This document shows, in pieces, positions 31,235 to 41,928 of a stretch of 64,000 bases of DNA. The position numbers and the translations under genes were made by a program. The stretch spans positions 1,056,001-1,120,000 of the forward strand of contig OZ242376.1 in the NCBI GenBank assembly GCA_965209085.1, written 5' to 3'. The DNA is from Nitrosopumilaceae archaeon. Its GTDB lineage: Archaea > Thermoproteota > Nitrososphaeria > Nitrososphaerales > Nitrosopumilaceae. Under the pieces are notes generated by a model. The model saw only the letters and a list, made by a program, of their open reading frames with translations. It ran no database searches and was not told where the DNA came from. Numbering within the stretch: position 1 is the stretch's first letter; the number at the start of each line of letters is the position of its first letter.

Positions 31235-32671
31235 TAGATCATGTCACAACTATTGAAAATTCTATTGAAAATTCCATCAAAAATGACAGAAAATCTTCCA
31301 AAAACACACATCTGTCATCGATATCATGACCCATTTGTTACCAAACCGTAATTTCACACAAAAATCTTCCAAAATTCACACATCTGCATACAGCGTCCGC
31401 TAGGCTTATTGCAGTTTGTGTCAGTATGCTGCACATATTAACAAATTGTACACTAGGTTTTTCATGTCAATTTCTTGCTTTATGTTTTTCATGTATTGAT
31501 CGTACATGCCCTCCAAACCTTTCTTTGAGCATTGCAAAAACAATTTCAGAGTGCCATCTTTTTCCATACTCTATATCTTTTTTCCATTTTTTCAGATTTT
31601 CCTTTCGTTTTTGGATTGAGACATCATCCATTGTACGCATGCTCGCACATCCTCCAAGCTGATCTCGCACCGCCGTATTGCGTTCATGACTGCCGCCTGA
31701 CAGTGCTGAATTGATACGCACCTTTAACAGATCAGACATGCAAAGTTTGCCACACACGTTGTAATTTTCTTTTGTACCATATGCCCCATCGCCAAGAATT
31801 TTCATCATCGTGTTTTTGTATTTGGCAGTCTCTTCAGTTGAATCCATCTCAGATATCATATGCGCGAGCTGCCATCTGATCTTTTTGCGTGCTATCTGAT
31901 CATCTGTGGAAACTGTGATGCATCCCCCTTGTTGCTTTTTGTTATCTTAAAATCGAGTATTTCAAGCGTTTCTACGTTTATGACAAGATGCAGTTTTAGA
32001 AATGGCCGGATATGCCCCATTTTTCTTTTATCCAGGGTTCCAAGTTTTGATAGTTTCAGTCCGCCAGAATCAATAGAGATGAGCATCACAAGCTGTCCGT
32101 TCGTGCACCTTGTCGGGTCAAGTGTTTTTAAGGACAGGCCACACATTCGGGCCATCTTTTCCAATCCGTTATCGGAAATGTCCAATCTCTGTATGCACTT
32201 GTATATCATACTGCCAGATGGAGGGCTGCATCATCCATTACTTTTCCAACCATCCATTCAATGGTGCCAGCTTGAGTAACTTGTGCACGCTTGGATTGCC
32301 AATAATGCCCAAAAAAAGCTTGTCCGGATACATGTAACGTCTGCCGTTCTTACATTTGTTCATGCATTTGAGTTCTTTTTTGTATTCTTTTGGGACTGCA
32401 AACTGGCTCAGATGGCCAAACAATATGGATGCAGCACGGCTTTTCAGGTTTTCTTGGCAATCCTTTTTTTATCCGCCTCTTTGGTCTCTGCATTTGATAT
32501 TTTTATTACAGTGTTTTTTACTCATAGTGGATCATCTCCGTGGGTGTTTGTCATAATTCGTCCACTTTGTGGGATGATCTAAATCTATGGAATCAAAATT
32601 GTCGCCAAATTAGATATTTTAATATCGTTTTAGACAAAATGTCAGAATTAGGCAGGTTGTGACATGACCTA
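31235..32671 (-). mobile_element. IS5-family (IS903-like) element, multiply frameshifted, copy B
   Basis: Inverted homolog of 24349-25782. IR TAGATCATGTCACAAC / GTTGTGACATGACCTA and 8-bp TSD CAATCCAA. Confidence 0.9.
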
Positions 32672-32703
32672 CAATCCAAGGCTGTGGAATCAGAATTATG
32701 CGT

Positions 32704-33102
32704 TCATTCTATGTCAAGTTTCACGCGCTCTCCTGCGCTAGACCAAGCATAAATGTTCTCTTTTTTGTACGGATACTGCACTATTATGGAGACAAGTCCA
32801 AAGAAATTGTGCAGATCTTCCACGGAGGGTTGTGCTGTACCGCTTGGATGCGTGTGAACCATTCCAACATAGCTTGAATCAAAGGGAAGAAACGAGTGCG
32901 GAAATCCAGCAAACGTCGGGCCGCTGTGTGAAAAAGGAGGCACCACGAGCCCATCCACACGTATAATCCCGTTCTTTGATTTGCCTTTTAGAATCAAAAT
33001 GGCCTCGTTTGGATGGCGTATCTTTGCATATGATAGGATGCTCTCGCAAACATCTCCAATTAGGGTTACATTGCGCTTTATCGGTTTTTTCTTGCCAAAC
33101 AA
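32704..33102 (-). CDS. JAMM/MPN+ (Mov34) metalloprotease
   Basis: HPNE and HTHPSG...PS..D JAMM motif; probable TTG start at 33102. Confidence 0.88.
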   Translation of the reverse strand: MFGKKKPIKRNVTLIGDVCESILSYAKIRHPNEAILILKGKSKNGIIRVDGLVVPPFSHSGPTFAGFPHSFLPFDSSYVGMVHTHPSGTAQPSVEDLHNFFGLVSIIVQYPYKKENIYAWSSAGERVKLDIE

Positions 33103-33309
33103 TACTGGACAATTATTGTACAAAATTAATAATGTTTGTGGTAGGCCGTTGCTGTCAACTGTCAGCATGGCGCAATCGTTGTAGGTTCTGTACGCATGTC
33201 CATCATAATTTAGCATTACATCAAGTGCGTTTATCCTCATGCATATTTGGGTGTGATCCAGTGCATATCTCCTAGAATGCCGCGTACTATTCTCTCGCAT
33301 ATCTCGTAA

Positions 33310-33486
33310 GAGATGTACAAATGGAAAAAAAGAGTACATTACGGACAGAGATGGATATCATAGGTAGTCTTTTCAGTGTTTAAGAAAATCTTTGGCGATT
33401 CGGCATACTCTAAGAGATTGGACAACGTTGTCTAGGAGATTCGAATAAAAGTGTCCGCGTACGACACGTTCTGCAATATCACCTAA
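33310..33486 (+). pseudogene. C-terminal remnant of another IS5/IS903-like transposase
   Basis: Manual reading KWKK..YGQRWIS*VVFSVFKKIFGDSAYSKRLDNVV*EIRIKV parallels the C-terminus of the 24784 transposase. Confidence 0.6.
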
Positions 33487-33716
33487 CATCCGCACAAGCT
33501 TGGATTGAATTCAATGGAAATTTCTACCAAATACTACATTTTGTGTATATAAAGTACGTATTTTAAAATGTCCAATCAAGAGTCATGCAACTGTGTAGAA
33601 ATAATCCAAATGTGGTTTTGCCTCGTACTCGGTCTAATAATGATTATGATGTGGATTTATATTCAATTTTTATGAACTGCTTGTATGAAATTAGTAGAAG
33701 TTTTTGGAGTGATTAA

Positions 33717-33937
33717 TGATAAAATTATCGACATATGTAACAAGAAAGGAAATAGAGGATTGTTTTAAGAAAGCGTTTGAACAAAAAAGACACTTGTAAT
33801 ATATGGTTCATCTAAACAAGGAAAAACAACACTTCTAAATGCTAACATAAAAAAAGAAAATAGGATTATAGTTCAGTGTTATCCTGCAATGGATTTACAT
33901 GACATTTACAAAACTGTCCTTAAAAAATTAGATGCTA
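33717..33937 (+). pseudogene. P-loop ATPase pseudogene (frameshifted, disrupted by two IS630 elements)
   Basis: MIKLSTYVTRKE... then shifted frame LVIYGSSKQGKTTLL (Walker A); frame continues through the 30-bp spacer at 35056-35085. Confidence 0.55.
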
Positions 33938-35053
33938 TACTGACACGCAAAAGTAACTGCAATTTATGACTCTAGGCACAATGTAACCTCAAGATATTTG
34001 GATCACCTCGGGTATGAATCAATCATGAACAAAGAACATCAGGAACTGTATAATGCAAGCAGGCATGTCAAAAACAGAAAAGAGATATCAAAAATATATC
34101 TTGTAAGCATGGTCAAATACCAAAACATCTCCATAGCTAAAGCTTCGGAATTACTGATGAAAAGCTACAACTGGGGCAAAGAATGCATGCAACGATATGA
34201 CGAGCTTGGATTAGACGGTCTTAAAACCCTGCCCAAATCGGGCAGGCCTTTATTATTATCAAATATACGATTTAAAAAAATTATTGACACGACAAGACGA
34301 GAGAACGGTTCAGTTGATCCAAAACAGGTAATGCACAACATTAAACGCAAAACCGGAGTAAAATATCACATATCAAACATCAGAAAAAGACTCCACAAAT
34401 TCTCATTTGTCAGCAAGGCTCCAAAAAGAATTCATGTCAATGCAGCGCCGGCATCAGTCTGCTACAACTGGTCGCAAAACACTAGGCGTCAAATACGCCT
34501 ACTTGAAGAGCGTGGATTTGCAGTAGGCGTTCAGGATGAATGTATAATAAAATACGATTCATTATCCGGCAAGAAACTCTGGATTGAAATAAGCAAAAAT
34601 TGTTACGTAAAATCCACAGGTTCTCACAAAAAAGTTGTTGTCTTTGGAGTACTCTTATCGGATAGCAGGCAGATGTTTGCAAGCTATGATTTGTTTGATG
34701 CAAAATCATTTCTCAAGTTTTTAAAAATGGCTCATCAAAAATTTGGAAAAATTTGCATGATTACGGATAGAGCTGCACAACACAGAAAATCCAAAATTAT
34801 TAAAAAATATATATCTGAGAATAAAGATGAGGTAAAGCTTTTGTTTTTCCCTACAAGTTCACCGTTTCTGAGTGCCGTTGAAGAATGCGGGCATCAAGCC
34901 AAACGTGCGTTGGTCGTCTCTGAATATTATGAAACATTTGAGAATATGAAATATACAATTTCAGAATATTTTAGAACTGTACGATTCAAAGTATCAATAA
35001 TGGATTTTGTTATGAGAAAAGCTGTAGATTGCAGTTACTTTTGATCCGCAGTA
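33938..35053 (+). mobile_element. IS630-family element, apparently intact
   Basis: IR TACTG....CAAAAGTAACTGCAAT / ATTGCAGTTACTTTTG....CAGTA with TA duplication. Confidence 0.88.
34025..35044 (+). CDS. IS630-family transposase
   Basis: GLDGL....SGRP HTH, QDE, TDRAAQH and SPFLSAVE catalytic D-D-E; uninterrupted ORF. Confidence 0.9.
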   Translation: MNKEHQELYNASRHVKNRKEISKIYLVSMVKYQNISIAKASELLMKSYNWGKECMQRYDELGLDGLKTLPKSGRPLLLSNIRFKKIIDTTRRENGSVDPKQVMHNIKRKTGVKYHISNIRKRLHKFSFVSKAPKRIHVNAAPASVCYNWSQNTRRQIRLLEERGFAVGVQDECIIKYDSLSGKKLWIEISKNCYVKSTGSHKKVVVFGVLLSDSRQMFASYDLFDAKSFLKFLKMAHQKFGKICMITDRAAQHRKSKIIKKYISENKDEVKLLFFPTSSPFLSAVEECGHQAKRALVVSEYYETFENMKYTISEYFRTVRFKVSIMDFVMRKAVDCSYF

Positions 35054-35085
35054 TACTATTCAATCCAGTACATCGTGTGAAAATA

Positions 35086-36196
35086 TACCCGCAAGCATAA
35101 ATTCGTTTAAAAATCCACCATTACACAATAGCAACGTTTTTTGATCACGACATCGGAACCAATTCATGCAAGTTAGCAATGAGGATCTCCTCCAGGCCTA
35201 TAATGACTGCAAAGATTCTCGCGTAAAAACGACTGCATGCGATGTGTCTGGTGCAGATACGCATCTACGACATAAAAGAAACTGCGGATCTCGTATTCTG
35301 AACATACCAGTTTGTGCACAAATGGCATAATCGATACAAAAAATACGGACTCAAAGGTCTGGAGGAAGGGTTCAGATATGGACGGTCGCCAAAAATTCCA
35401 CCATACACCATGATACAAATAAAAAAAGAATTTACAAAAATATGAACCGTTACACTTCCAAAGCTGGTTCGAGATTATATCAAAACTATGACAGGTGTAG
35501 TATATAATATCACATTACACACGTATGCAAGCTGATGCGGAAATGGAAACTAAAATCAAAGGTACCCCAAAAGATGCACGTCAACGCTGCATCATATGAT
35601 GAATGTTACACATGATATAGACGCACAATGCGTATTATTACGCACGAAATGGCAATGGGGCCAAAGATCTTTGTCCAAGATGAGACCATAGTGAGCAGTG
35701 ATGGTAAACTGGTCAAAAAATATTGGTGCAACGAGGATGAGCACCCAATCTATACGTGGAAATGGGATCATGGAAAATTCATAGCATATGGAATGATTTC
35801 AATTTCAGGAGAACGATTCTTTAGATCGCATGACAAGTTTGATGGTCCGACGTTTTTAAGATACGTCAAAGACGCAGTAGCAAAATATGGCAGAATACTG
35901 ATAATCGTAGATAGAGCCCGGCAGCACAGAACGATAAAGATTGAAGAATGCATCAAAGAGAACAAGGATAAGATTAGAATAGAATATCTTCCAAAAGCGT
36001 CGCCGCAACACAACATCCTGGAGATAATCTGCTTGTCGCCAAGCGTAATGTGGATCATTCGGAATATCACCATCAACTTGAAGATAAAAGGGTGGATTTT
36101 ATGGAATATCCGAGGACAAAAAAACTACCGAGTAATGTCATGGATTATTTTAAGCCAAAATTGGTAAATTTTTAAATGAATTTATGATCTGGAGTA
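35086..36196 (+). mobile_element. Second IS630-family element, degraded
   Basis: IR TACCCGCAAGCATAAATTCGTTTAAAAAT / ATTTTTAAATGAATTTATGATCTGGAGTA. Fragments with QDE, VDRARQH and SPQHNILE; multiple frameshifts. Confidence 0.8.
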
Positions 36197-36238
36197 TGAA
36201 TCTAAATGCTTTTATTATGATAGTTATGTGCTAGACAC

Positions 36239-36364
36239 ATGAGCAGAACAACAGAATTCATACAACATGAAGGTTCTCTTGATAAAGATGCACGCAAATA
36301 TTCATGTTCATACAAAAATGTGAAAGAAGCAAAGAGAGCCATTTTAGAGGATTTGAAAAAATAG
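36239..36364 (+). CDS. 41-aa small ORF, possible antitoxin-like partner
   Basis: Read manually: MSRTTEFIQHEGSLDKDARKYSCSYKNVKEAKRAILEDLKK, directly upstream of the 36382 ORF. Confidence 0.3.
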   Translation: MSRTTEFIQHEGSLDKDARKYSCSYKNVKEAKRAILEDLKK

Positions 36365-36381
36365 ATAATGTGGGATACATA

Positions 36382-36657
36382 ATGTCCGATCTCATATTAT
36401 CAAAACTTTTTCGTAGACAAATTAAAATTATAGCAGCTAACGATCAACAAAAATTTTTAGACATTTGTGATAATTGGGATAAAGCACACAAAATAGTTGA
36501 TAGTAAAAATTTTCCGTTTAGCAAAATTACGTTTAAATCTCAAGTAAAGAGTAGGCAATTATATTTAACTTATGATTTTGATAAGCGTAAAAAAAAATTT
36601 TGGGTGTTGGAGATCTTTATAAAAACGTCTAAGGGATTTAGACCCTATAAACCATAA
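36382..36657 (+). CDS. Small basic hypothetical protein, possibly RelE/ParE-like
   Basis: About 91 aa from MSDLILSKLFRRQIK; beta-alpha-alpha-beta pattern ending YLTYDFD...FWVLEIF. Confidence 0.45.
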   Translation: MSDLILSKLFRRQIKIIAANDQQKFLDICDNWDKAHKIVDSKNFPFSKITFKSQVKSRQLYLTYDFDKRKKKFWVLEIFIKTSKGFRPYKP

Positions 36658-36741
36658 ACCATAATTCCTAATTACGAGAGATAAAATTATTGTAGATTCA
36701 GGTGATGATGAATAGACTTTATCCATAGGAATGCTTTTTAA

Positions 36742-38087
36742 GTATGAGGTCATCTCATACCTAACAAATTAGTCAATAACATACGATCATCTAGATCCAA
36801 ATACAATCAGTAAATAATTCATCTCATGAGCAATCGACATCCCACATATCGTGAATTGGAGGAATTTGTACGAGATTTTACAGAAAAGACGAATAAAACG
36901 ATCAGCAATCTCAAAGCAGAACATGCACATCAGGTGGATGAACAGAATAAGGAAATTATACTTCTCCGGAATCGACTTGCATATTACGAAAATTCCAATA
37001 CGCCAACCTCTTCACGATCACTTGAATACATGCAAGAAAAACGCAAAATACGCAAGGCAAGGGAAAACGGCGAATTACCGCCATCAAAAAACCAGGCGGC
37101 CGTCCAGACCACAAGGGAGTATCACGCAGACAATCCAACCAGTACTGTAAAACACACCATGAAAAATACCAAATGCAGCTGTGGCAGTACCATGGAATAC
37201 TAGTATACAAAAACGCGTGACATTATCGATTACATACCAGCAGTTGCAACAGAGATCAGACACATGATCGACGTACACACATGCTCAAACTGTAAACATG
37301 TCCGCGAGGCAGAAAACAATCTGCCAAAATCTGGCTCGTATGGTAAAAACGTGATTGCCCTAGTTCTCCAATACCGAGCAGTGAGAATCACGCATGATGC
37401 GATACAAGAACTGCTCAAAGCAACATGCGGTCTAGTCATTGCCAAATTCACTATAATCAACATGATCTCAAATGCCTCGGATCTAATGGATACGGAGGCA
37501 AAAACAATAACAAACACGGTTGTACAATCACCGTTTGTCAATATTGATGAGACATCATACATACTAAACTGACTGTTAATTTGGGCATGGACAATCGCAT
37601 ACGAGAAAAATATTGCGATAATTATGAACAAGAGTCGCGGTGCGTATGTTATGGACGCATATATGGACAAATTTACCGGCGTCGCAGTAACTGACGGATA
37701 TCCCGTATACCAGAGATTTGATCCAGGAGGAATGCACCAACGGTGCTGGGCACACGAGCTGCGGACTATTAAACACATGGCGATGAGATGCTGGACAGAT
37801 ACCGCAATACAGATCTGCTTGAACTGCAGAGTCTGATCAAACGATTGGAGAATGTAACTATGAATCTATTTGCGTTCATAGAGCATGAAAGCATCCTGCC
37901 TACAAATAATGTAACCGAGCGGGCATTACGGGATGTCGTGGTTCGTCGTAAGATAAGCGGTCAGATCAGAGGATCTGAATCTATGAGAAGAATGTCAAAC
38001 TTTCTAACATGCGTTTTGACATGGAGAGCGCAAAGTAAAAGTGTCTTTGAAGAGGTGCTGGGTATCGTTTAATAGATGACATCATAC
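36742..38087 (+). mobile_element. IS66-like element with fragmented TnpC-type transposase
   Basis: IR GTATGAGGTCATC / GATGACATCATAC. Fragments carry ENSNTPTS, NIDET, TDGY..Y, QRCWAH and PTNN..ERALR..V..RKIS. Confidence 0.87.
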
Positions 38088-38116
38088 TATTATAGCATTG
38101 TATTATTTAAAACCTC

Positions 38117-38207
38117 ATCGAGGTCGCCTAGTCAGGTAGGGCATCTGTATTCTAAACAGAAATGGTTCCGCAATCATACAGGGGTTCGAATCCAGTCTTT
38201 GGTGCCA
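38117..38207 (+). tRNA. Degenerate tRNA-like gene: serine-type body (long variable arm, G73, encoded CCA), anticodon loop reads TCT; likely pseudo-tRNA
   Basis: Acceptor ATCGAGG/CTTTGGT, D arm GCC/GGC with TAGTCAGGTAG loop, anticodon stem TCTGT/ACAGA with loop ATTCTAA, variable stem ATGGTT/AATCAT, GGTTCGAATCC. T stem has two mismatches. Confidence 0.65.
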
Positions 38208-38352
38208 TAATGGACGTGTTAAATTTATTCCATCCACTTACACATGACACTATTTTTAGCATTCTAGAATCAGATCCCCCACCTGTCTGTAACCATCACA
38301 AATTGAGCAGTACTAGAAAAAAAGTTATAGTGGGTTTGGGTGCACAGTACAC

Positions 38353-39483
38353 ATGGAAAAGGCATCGGTGCTGCTAGGCGGCGCGTTTGGGGCAATTGCG
38401 GTAGTGGCAGTTTTTGCCGTATTTTTATTTCCTCCATCCGAAGTTCAGCCAGGATTTACTCAAAACGATCCGGTGCTTGAATCTGTCATGGCGTCTGGGA
38501 CGTACGAGTTGCTCAGCTTGGAGGAGATCTTTGAGAGATCCGAATCTAGCACTGTAAGCGTTGAATCAAAACGGAAAGGTAATGAACAGGGTTTTCGCGG
38601 AATCGGTTCAGGTTTTGTATATGATTTGCACGGGCATGTGATAACCAACCAGCACGTGGTTGAAAAATCAGATGAGATTATTGTAACGTTTCTTGATGGC
38701 AGATCATACAAGGCGGAAATAATCGGCACTGACGAGTATACGGACATTGCAGTACTGCATGTAAATGCCGCCGATGATGTGCTAACCCCACTTCAGATTG
38801 GAGACTCCTCGCAGCTAAAGGTTGGACAGGCAATTGCCGCAATTGGTAATCCGTTTGGGCTTTCAGGTTCAATGACTGCAGGAATTGTCAGCCAGCGCGG
38901 GAGACTGCTTCAGGCAGGAGATACGGCGTTTCAAATACCCGACATTATACAGACTGACGCTGTGGTAAATCCTGGAAATTCTGGCGGACCTTTGCTAAAC
39001 ATGCACGGACATGTTGTTGGAATGAATACTGCAATACAATCCAACACGGGATTTTTTACCGGAGTAGGATTTGCAGTTCCCTCGCAGACAATTGCAAAGA
39101 TTGTCCCGCATCTTATCAGGGACGGCGAGTATCACCATCCGTGGATTGGCGTGGTTGGCACGGACATTAGTCTGGATCTTGCAGAGGTTGCCGGACTTGA
39201 GGATACCAGAGGGTTTATGATAATCTCGGTTGCAAAAGACAGTCCGGCCCAAAAAGCTGGTCTGCGGGGCTCTGATCGGATAAAAACCCTCGACGGTGCA
39301 GATTATTCGCTTGGAGGGGACATTGTAGTTGCGATGGACGGCAAATCTGTCCGAAGCATAGATGACATACTAGTATATTTGCAGAGATCAAAATCAGTAG
39401 ACGATACGATTGTACTTGAAATACTCCGGGACGGACAGCAAACAGAGGTAACGCTTGTTTTAGAGCAGCGGCCGGATAAGTAG
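38353..39483 (+). CDS. HtrA/DegP-like trypsin serine protease with PDZ domain
   Basis: TNQHV, DIAV and GNSGGPL triad, plus PDZ domain and N-terminal TM helix. Confidence 0.93.
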   Translation: MEKASVLLGGAFGAIAVVAVFAVFLFPPSEVQPGFTQNDPVLESVMASGTYELLSLEEIFERSESSTVSVESKRKGNEQGFRGIGSGFVYDLHGHVITNQHVVEKSDEIIVTFLDGRSYKAEIIGTDEYTDIAVLHVNAADDVLTPLQIGDSSQLKVGQAIAAIGNPFGLSGSMTAGIVSQRGRLLQAGDTAFQIPDIIQTDAVVNPGNSGGPLLNMHGHVVGMNTAIQSNTGFFTGVGFAVPSQTIAKIVPHLIRDGEYHHPWIGVVGTDISLDLAEVAGLEDTRGFMIISVAKDSPAQKAGLRGSDRIKTLDGADYSLGGDIVVAMDGKSVRSIDDILVYLQRSKSVDDTIVLEILRDGQQTEVTLVLEQRPDK

Positions 39484-39511
39484 ATTAAATATATGCACAT
39501 ACGTTATTCGT

Positions 39512-40687
39512 ATGTTGAGCGGGCTTGTTCTGCACTCTGATGTGTTAAGCGAAGCGGTTGCCGGGAAGAGTCCCAGTTTTGATCAGGCACTCTCGGTCAT
39601 GGAAGAATCCTGCAATGATTCATCAGATCTATTTGAGTCAGCATGTACCATACGCAGAAAATTCAAGGGAGATATTGTCACATTTTCAAGCAAAGTATTC
39701 ATAAACATTACAAATCTCTGCAGGGATACGTGTACGTATTGCACGTACAAAAAAGAGCCGGATTCAACTGTTGCATTCATGGAGCCAGAAAAGGTGCGCG
39801 CCCTAGCACGGCTGGGTAAAAAATACGGCTGCACCGAGGCACTTATTGTAACAGGCGAGAGACCCGAAGAGAAATACAGTGTTGCCCGCAGATGGCTTTA
39901 TGATAACGGGTTTTCAAGCACCCCAGAGTACGCGGCATTTTGCTCCCAGATTGCGCTAGAAGAGGGACTCTTTGCACATACAAATGCAGGCAATCTAGAA
40001 TACAAAGAGATGCTCAAATTAAAAGATACGAATCCAAGCATAGGATTGATGCTTGAAAATTCCAGTCCGCGTCTTGCCGAAAAAAACATGCCACACCATT
40101 TGGCAAAAAGCAAAGATCCAAAGGCTAGGATTGCAGTAATTGAAAATGCAGGGAGGGCAAAGATTCCCACCACAACAGGAATACTGGTTGGGATAGGGGA
40201 GAGTGAAGAGGAGACTGTAAGATCCCTTGAGAAAATCCGCGAGCTGCACAAACTATATGGGCACATACAGGAAGTAATCGTGCAAAACTTTGTTCCAAAA
40301 CCTCAGACGATAATGGGAAAAAATCCGGCACCTGATGGGACGTATTTTGCAAGAACTGTTGCGCTTGCAAGAATTATGATGCCAAATATGAACATACAGA
40401 TACCGCCGAATCTATCTCCGAATCTGTTTGGAGACTTTTTACGCATGGGGATAAACGACTGGGGAGGTATATCTCCTGTAACGCCAGATTGTGTAAATCC
40501 GGAGATGCCATGGCCATCCATACACATGGTTAAAAAAGTCTCAAAGGATGCCGGGTTTGATTTAAAGTGCAGGTTTGCAGCATATCCTGAATTTTTCAAA
40601 ATGGTGCCAGAAAAGCTTTTGGAGAAAATGTCAGTTATGGCAGACGAGTTTGGCCACGTAAGGGAGAAGATATGGCTCAAAGCATAG
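39512..40687 (+). CDS. cofG: FO synthase subunit 1 CofG
   Basis: TNLCRDTCTYC, HTNAG, GLMLE, HIQEVIVQNF, QIPPNL and DWGGISP motifs. Confidence 0.93.
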   Translation: MLSGLVLHSDVLSEAVAGKSPSFDQALSVMEESCNDSSDLFESACTIRRKFKGDIVTFSSKVFINITNLCRDTCTYCTYKKEPDSTVAFMEPEKVRALARLGKKYGCTEALIVTGERPEEKYSVARRWLYDNGFSSTPEYAAFCSQIALEEGLFAHTNAGNLEYKEMLKLKDTNPSIGLMLENSSPRLAEKNMPHHLAKSKDPKARIAVIENAGRAKIPTTTGILVGIGESEEETVRSLEKIRELHKLYGHIQEVIVQNFVPKPQTIMGKNPAPDGTYFARTVALARIMMPNMNIQIPPNLSPNLFGDFLRMGINDWGGISPVTPDCVNPEMPWPSIHMVKKVSKDAGFDLKCRFAAYPEFFKMVPEKLLEKMSVMADEFGHVREKIWLKA

Positions 40688-41928
40688 AGTGCCTCCTAAA
40701 GGGAGCTGACCCACTTGTATCAGAAGCCCTAGATGATGCATTGTGTGGTAAAAAAATAAGTGTCGCGCAGGGGGAGATACTCTTTGGTGCCAAAGATTTT
40801 GATTTTCACATGGTTGGGATGGTAGCAGATTATCTTTGCAGAAAAAACACGGGCGATACTGTAACATATGTCGTGAATAGAAACGTGAATTTTACAAATG
40901 TATGTATAAAACAGTGCGGCTTTTGCGCGTTTAGCCGGGATTTTAGACAAGAGCAGGGATACATGCTACCCGTAGAGGAGATTGTACGCAGGGCAAAAGA
41001 GGCCCACAGCATGGGCGCCACCGAAGTGTGCATACAGGCAGGTCTGCCGCCGGACATGAAAGGCGACCTGTACGAGAGCATATGCTATGCAATTAAAGAT
41101 GAGATTCCCGGAATACACATACACGGTTTTTCCCCAGAAGAGGTGCTGTATGGAGCTCTCAAAAGCGAGATTGACGTGCGGGAATTTCTTGGCAGACTCA
41201 AAGAGGCCGGAGTTGGCACGCTTCCTGGTACCTCTGCTGAAATTTTGGATCAAAAAATGAGGGATGAGATCTCCCCAGGCCGCATTACCGTAAAGCAGTG
41301 GATTAACGTGATAAAAACAGCCCACAAACTTGGAATACGTACAACCTCCACTATGATGTTCGGGCACGGTGAAACTTTTGGGCACCGGGCACGGCACATA
41401 AAGCTGCTTCGCGACATACAGGATGAAACGGGCGGGTTTACAGAATTTGTTCCGCTGGGATTTGTGCACGAAGAGGCGCCAATGTACCTCAATGGCAAAT
41501 CCCAAAGTACAGGTGCCAGTGCCGCAGACGTCATGCTGACCCACGCAGTATCCCGCATCATGCTAAACGGCAGCATAAACAACATCCAAATGTCATGGGT
41601 AAAGGAGGGTCCCAGAATGGCACAGGTTCTGCTCTCATGGGGGGTAAACGACTTTGGCGGTACGCTCATCAACGAGAGCATTTCAACTTCTGCTGGTTCC
41701 CAGTACGGTCAGCTTTTGCGCCCGTCCCAGATACGCTCCCTTGTACGGCAGACTGGAAAAAAAGCAGCCGAGCGGAGCACACTATACAAGATACTGCGAA
41801 CCTTTGATGGCGGCGAATCGCACGAATTGTTGGATGAGGCAGATTCATCATCATTTGGATCGTATTTTGAGCTGGTAAAAGCCAGCGGATTCCGCTACAG
41901 TGACAGCGGCACCCTAAAACAGGATTAA
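40672..41928 (+). CDS. cofH: FO synthase subunit 2 CofH
   Basis: NRNVNFTNVC...CGFC, PGTSAEIL, NIQMSWVK and NDFGGTL.NE motifs. Confidence 0.93.
   Translation: MAQSIECLLKGADPLVSEALDDALCGKKISVAQGEILFGAKDFDFHMVGMVADYLCRKNTGDTVTYVVNRNVNFTNVCIKQCGFCAFSRDFRQEQGYMLPVEEIVRRAKEAHSMGATEVCIQAGLPPDMKGDLYESICYAIKDEIPGIHIHGFSPEEVLYGALKSEIDVREFLGRLKEAGVGTLPGTSAEILDQKMRDEISPGRITVKQWINVIKTAHKLGIRTTSTMMFGHGETFGHRARHIKLLRDIQDETGGFTEFVPLGFVHEEAPMYLNGKSQSTGASAADVMLTHAVSRIMLNGSINNIQMSWVKEGPRMAQVLLSWGVNDFGGTLINESISTSAGSQYGQLLRPSQIRSLVRQTGKKAAERSTLYKILRTFDGGESHELLDEADSSSFGSYFELVKASGFRYSDSGTLKQD

Noticed and set aside
38143-38161. Amber-suppressor (CTA) reading of the tRNA-like gene
   Set aside because: Centering CTA in a TTCTAAA loop breaks the TCTGT/ACAGA stem; the paired register gives TCT.
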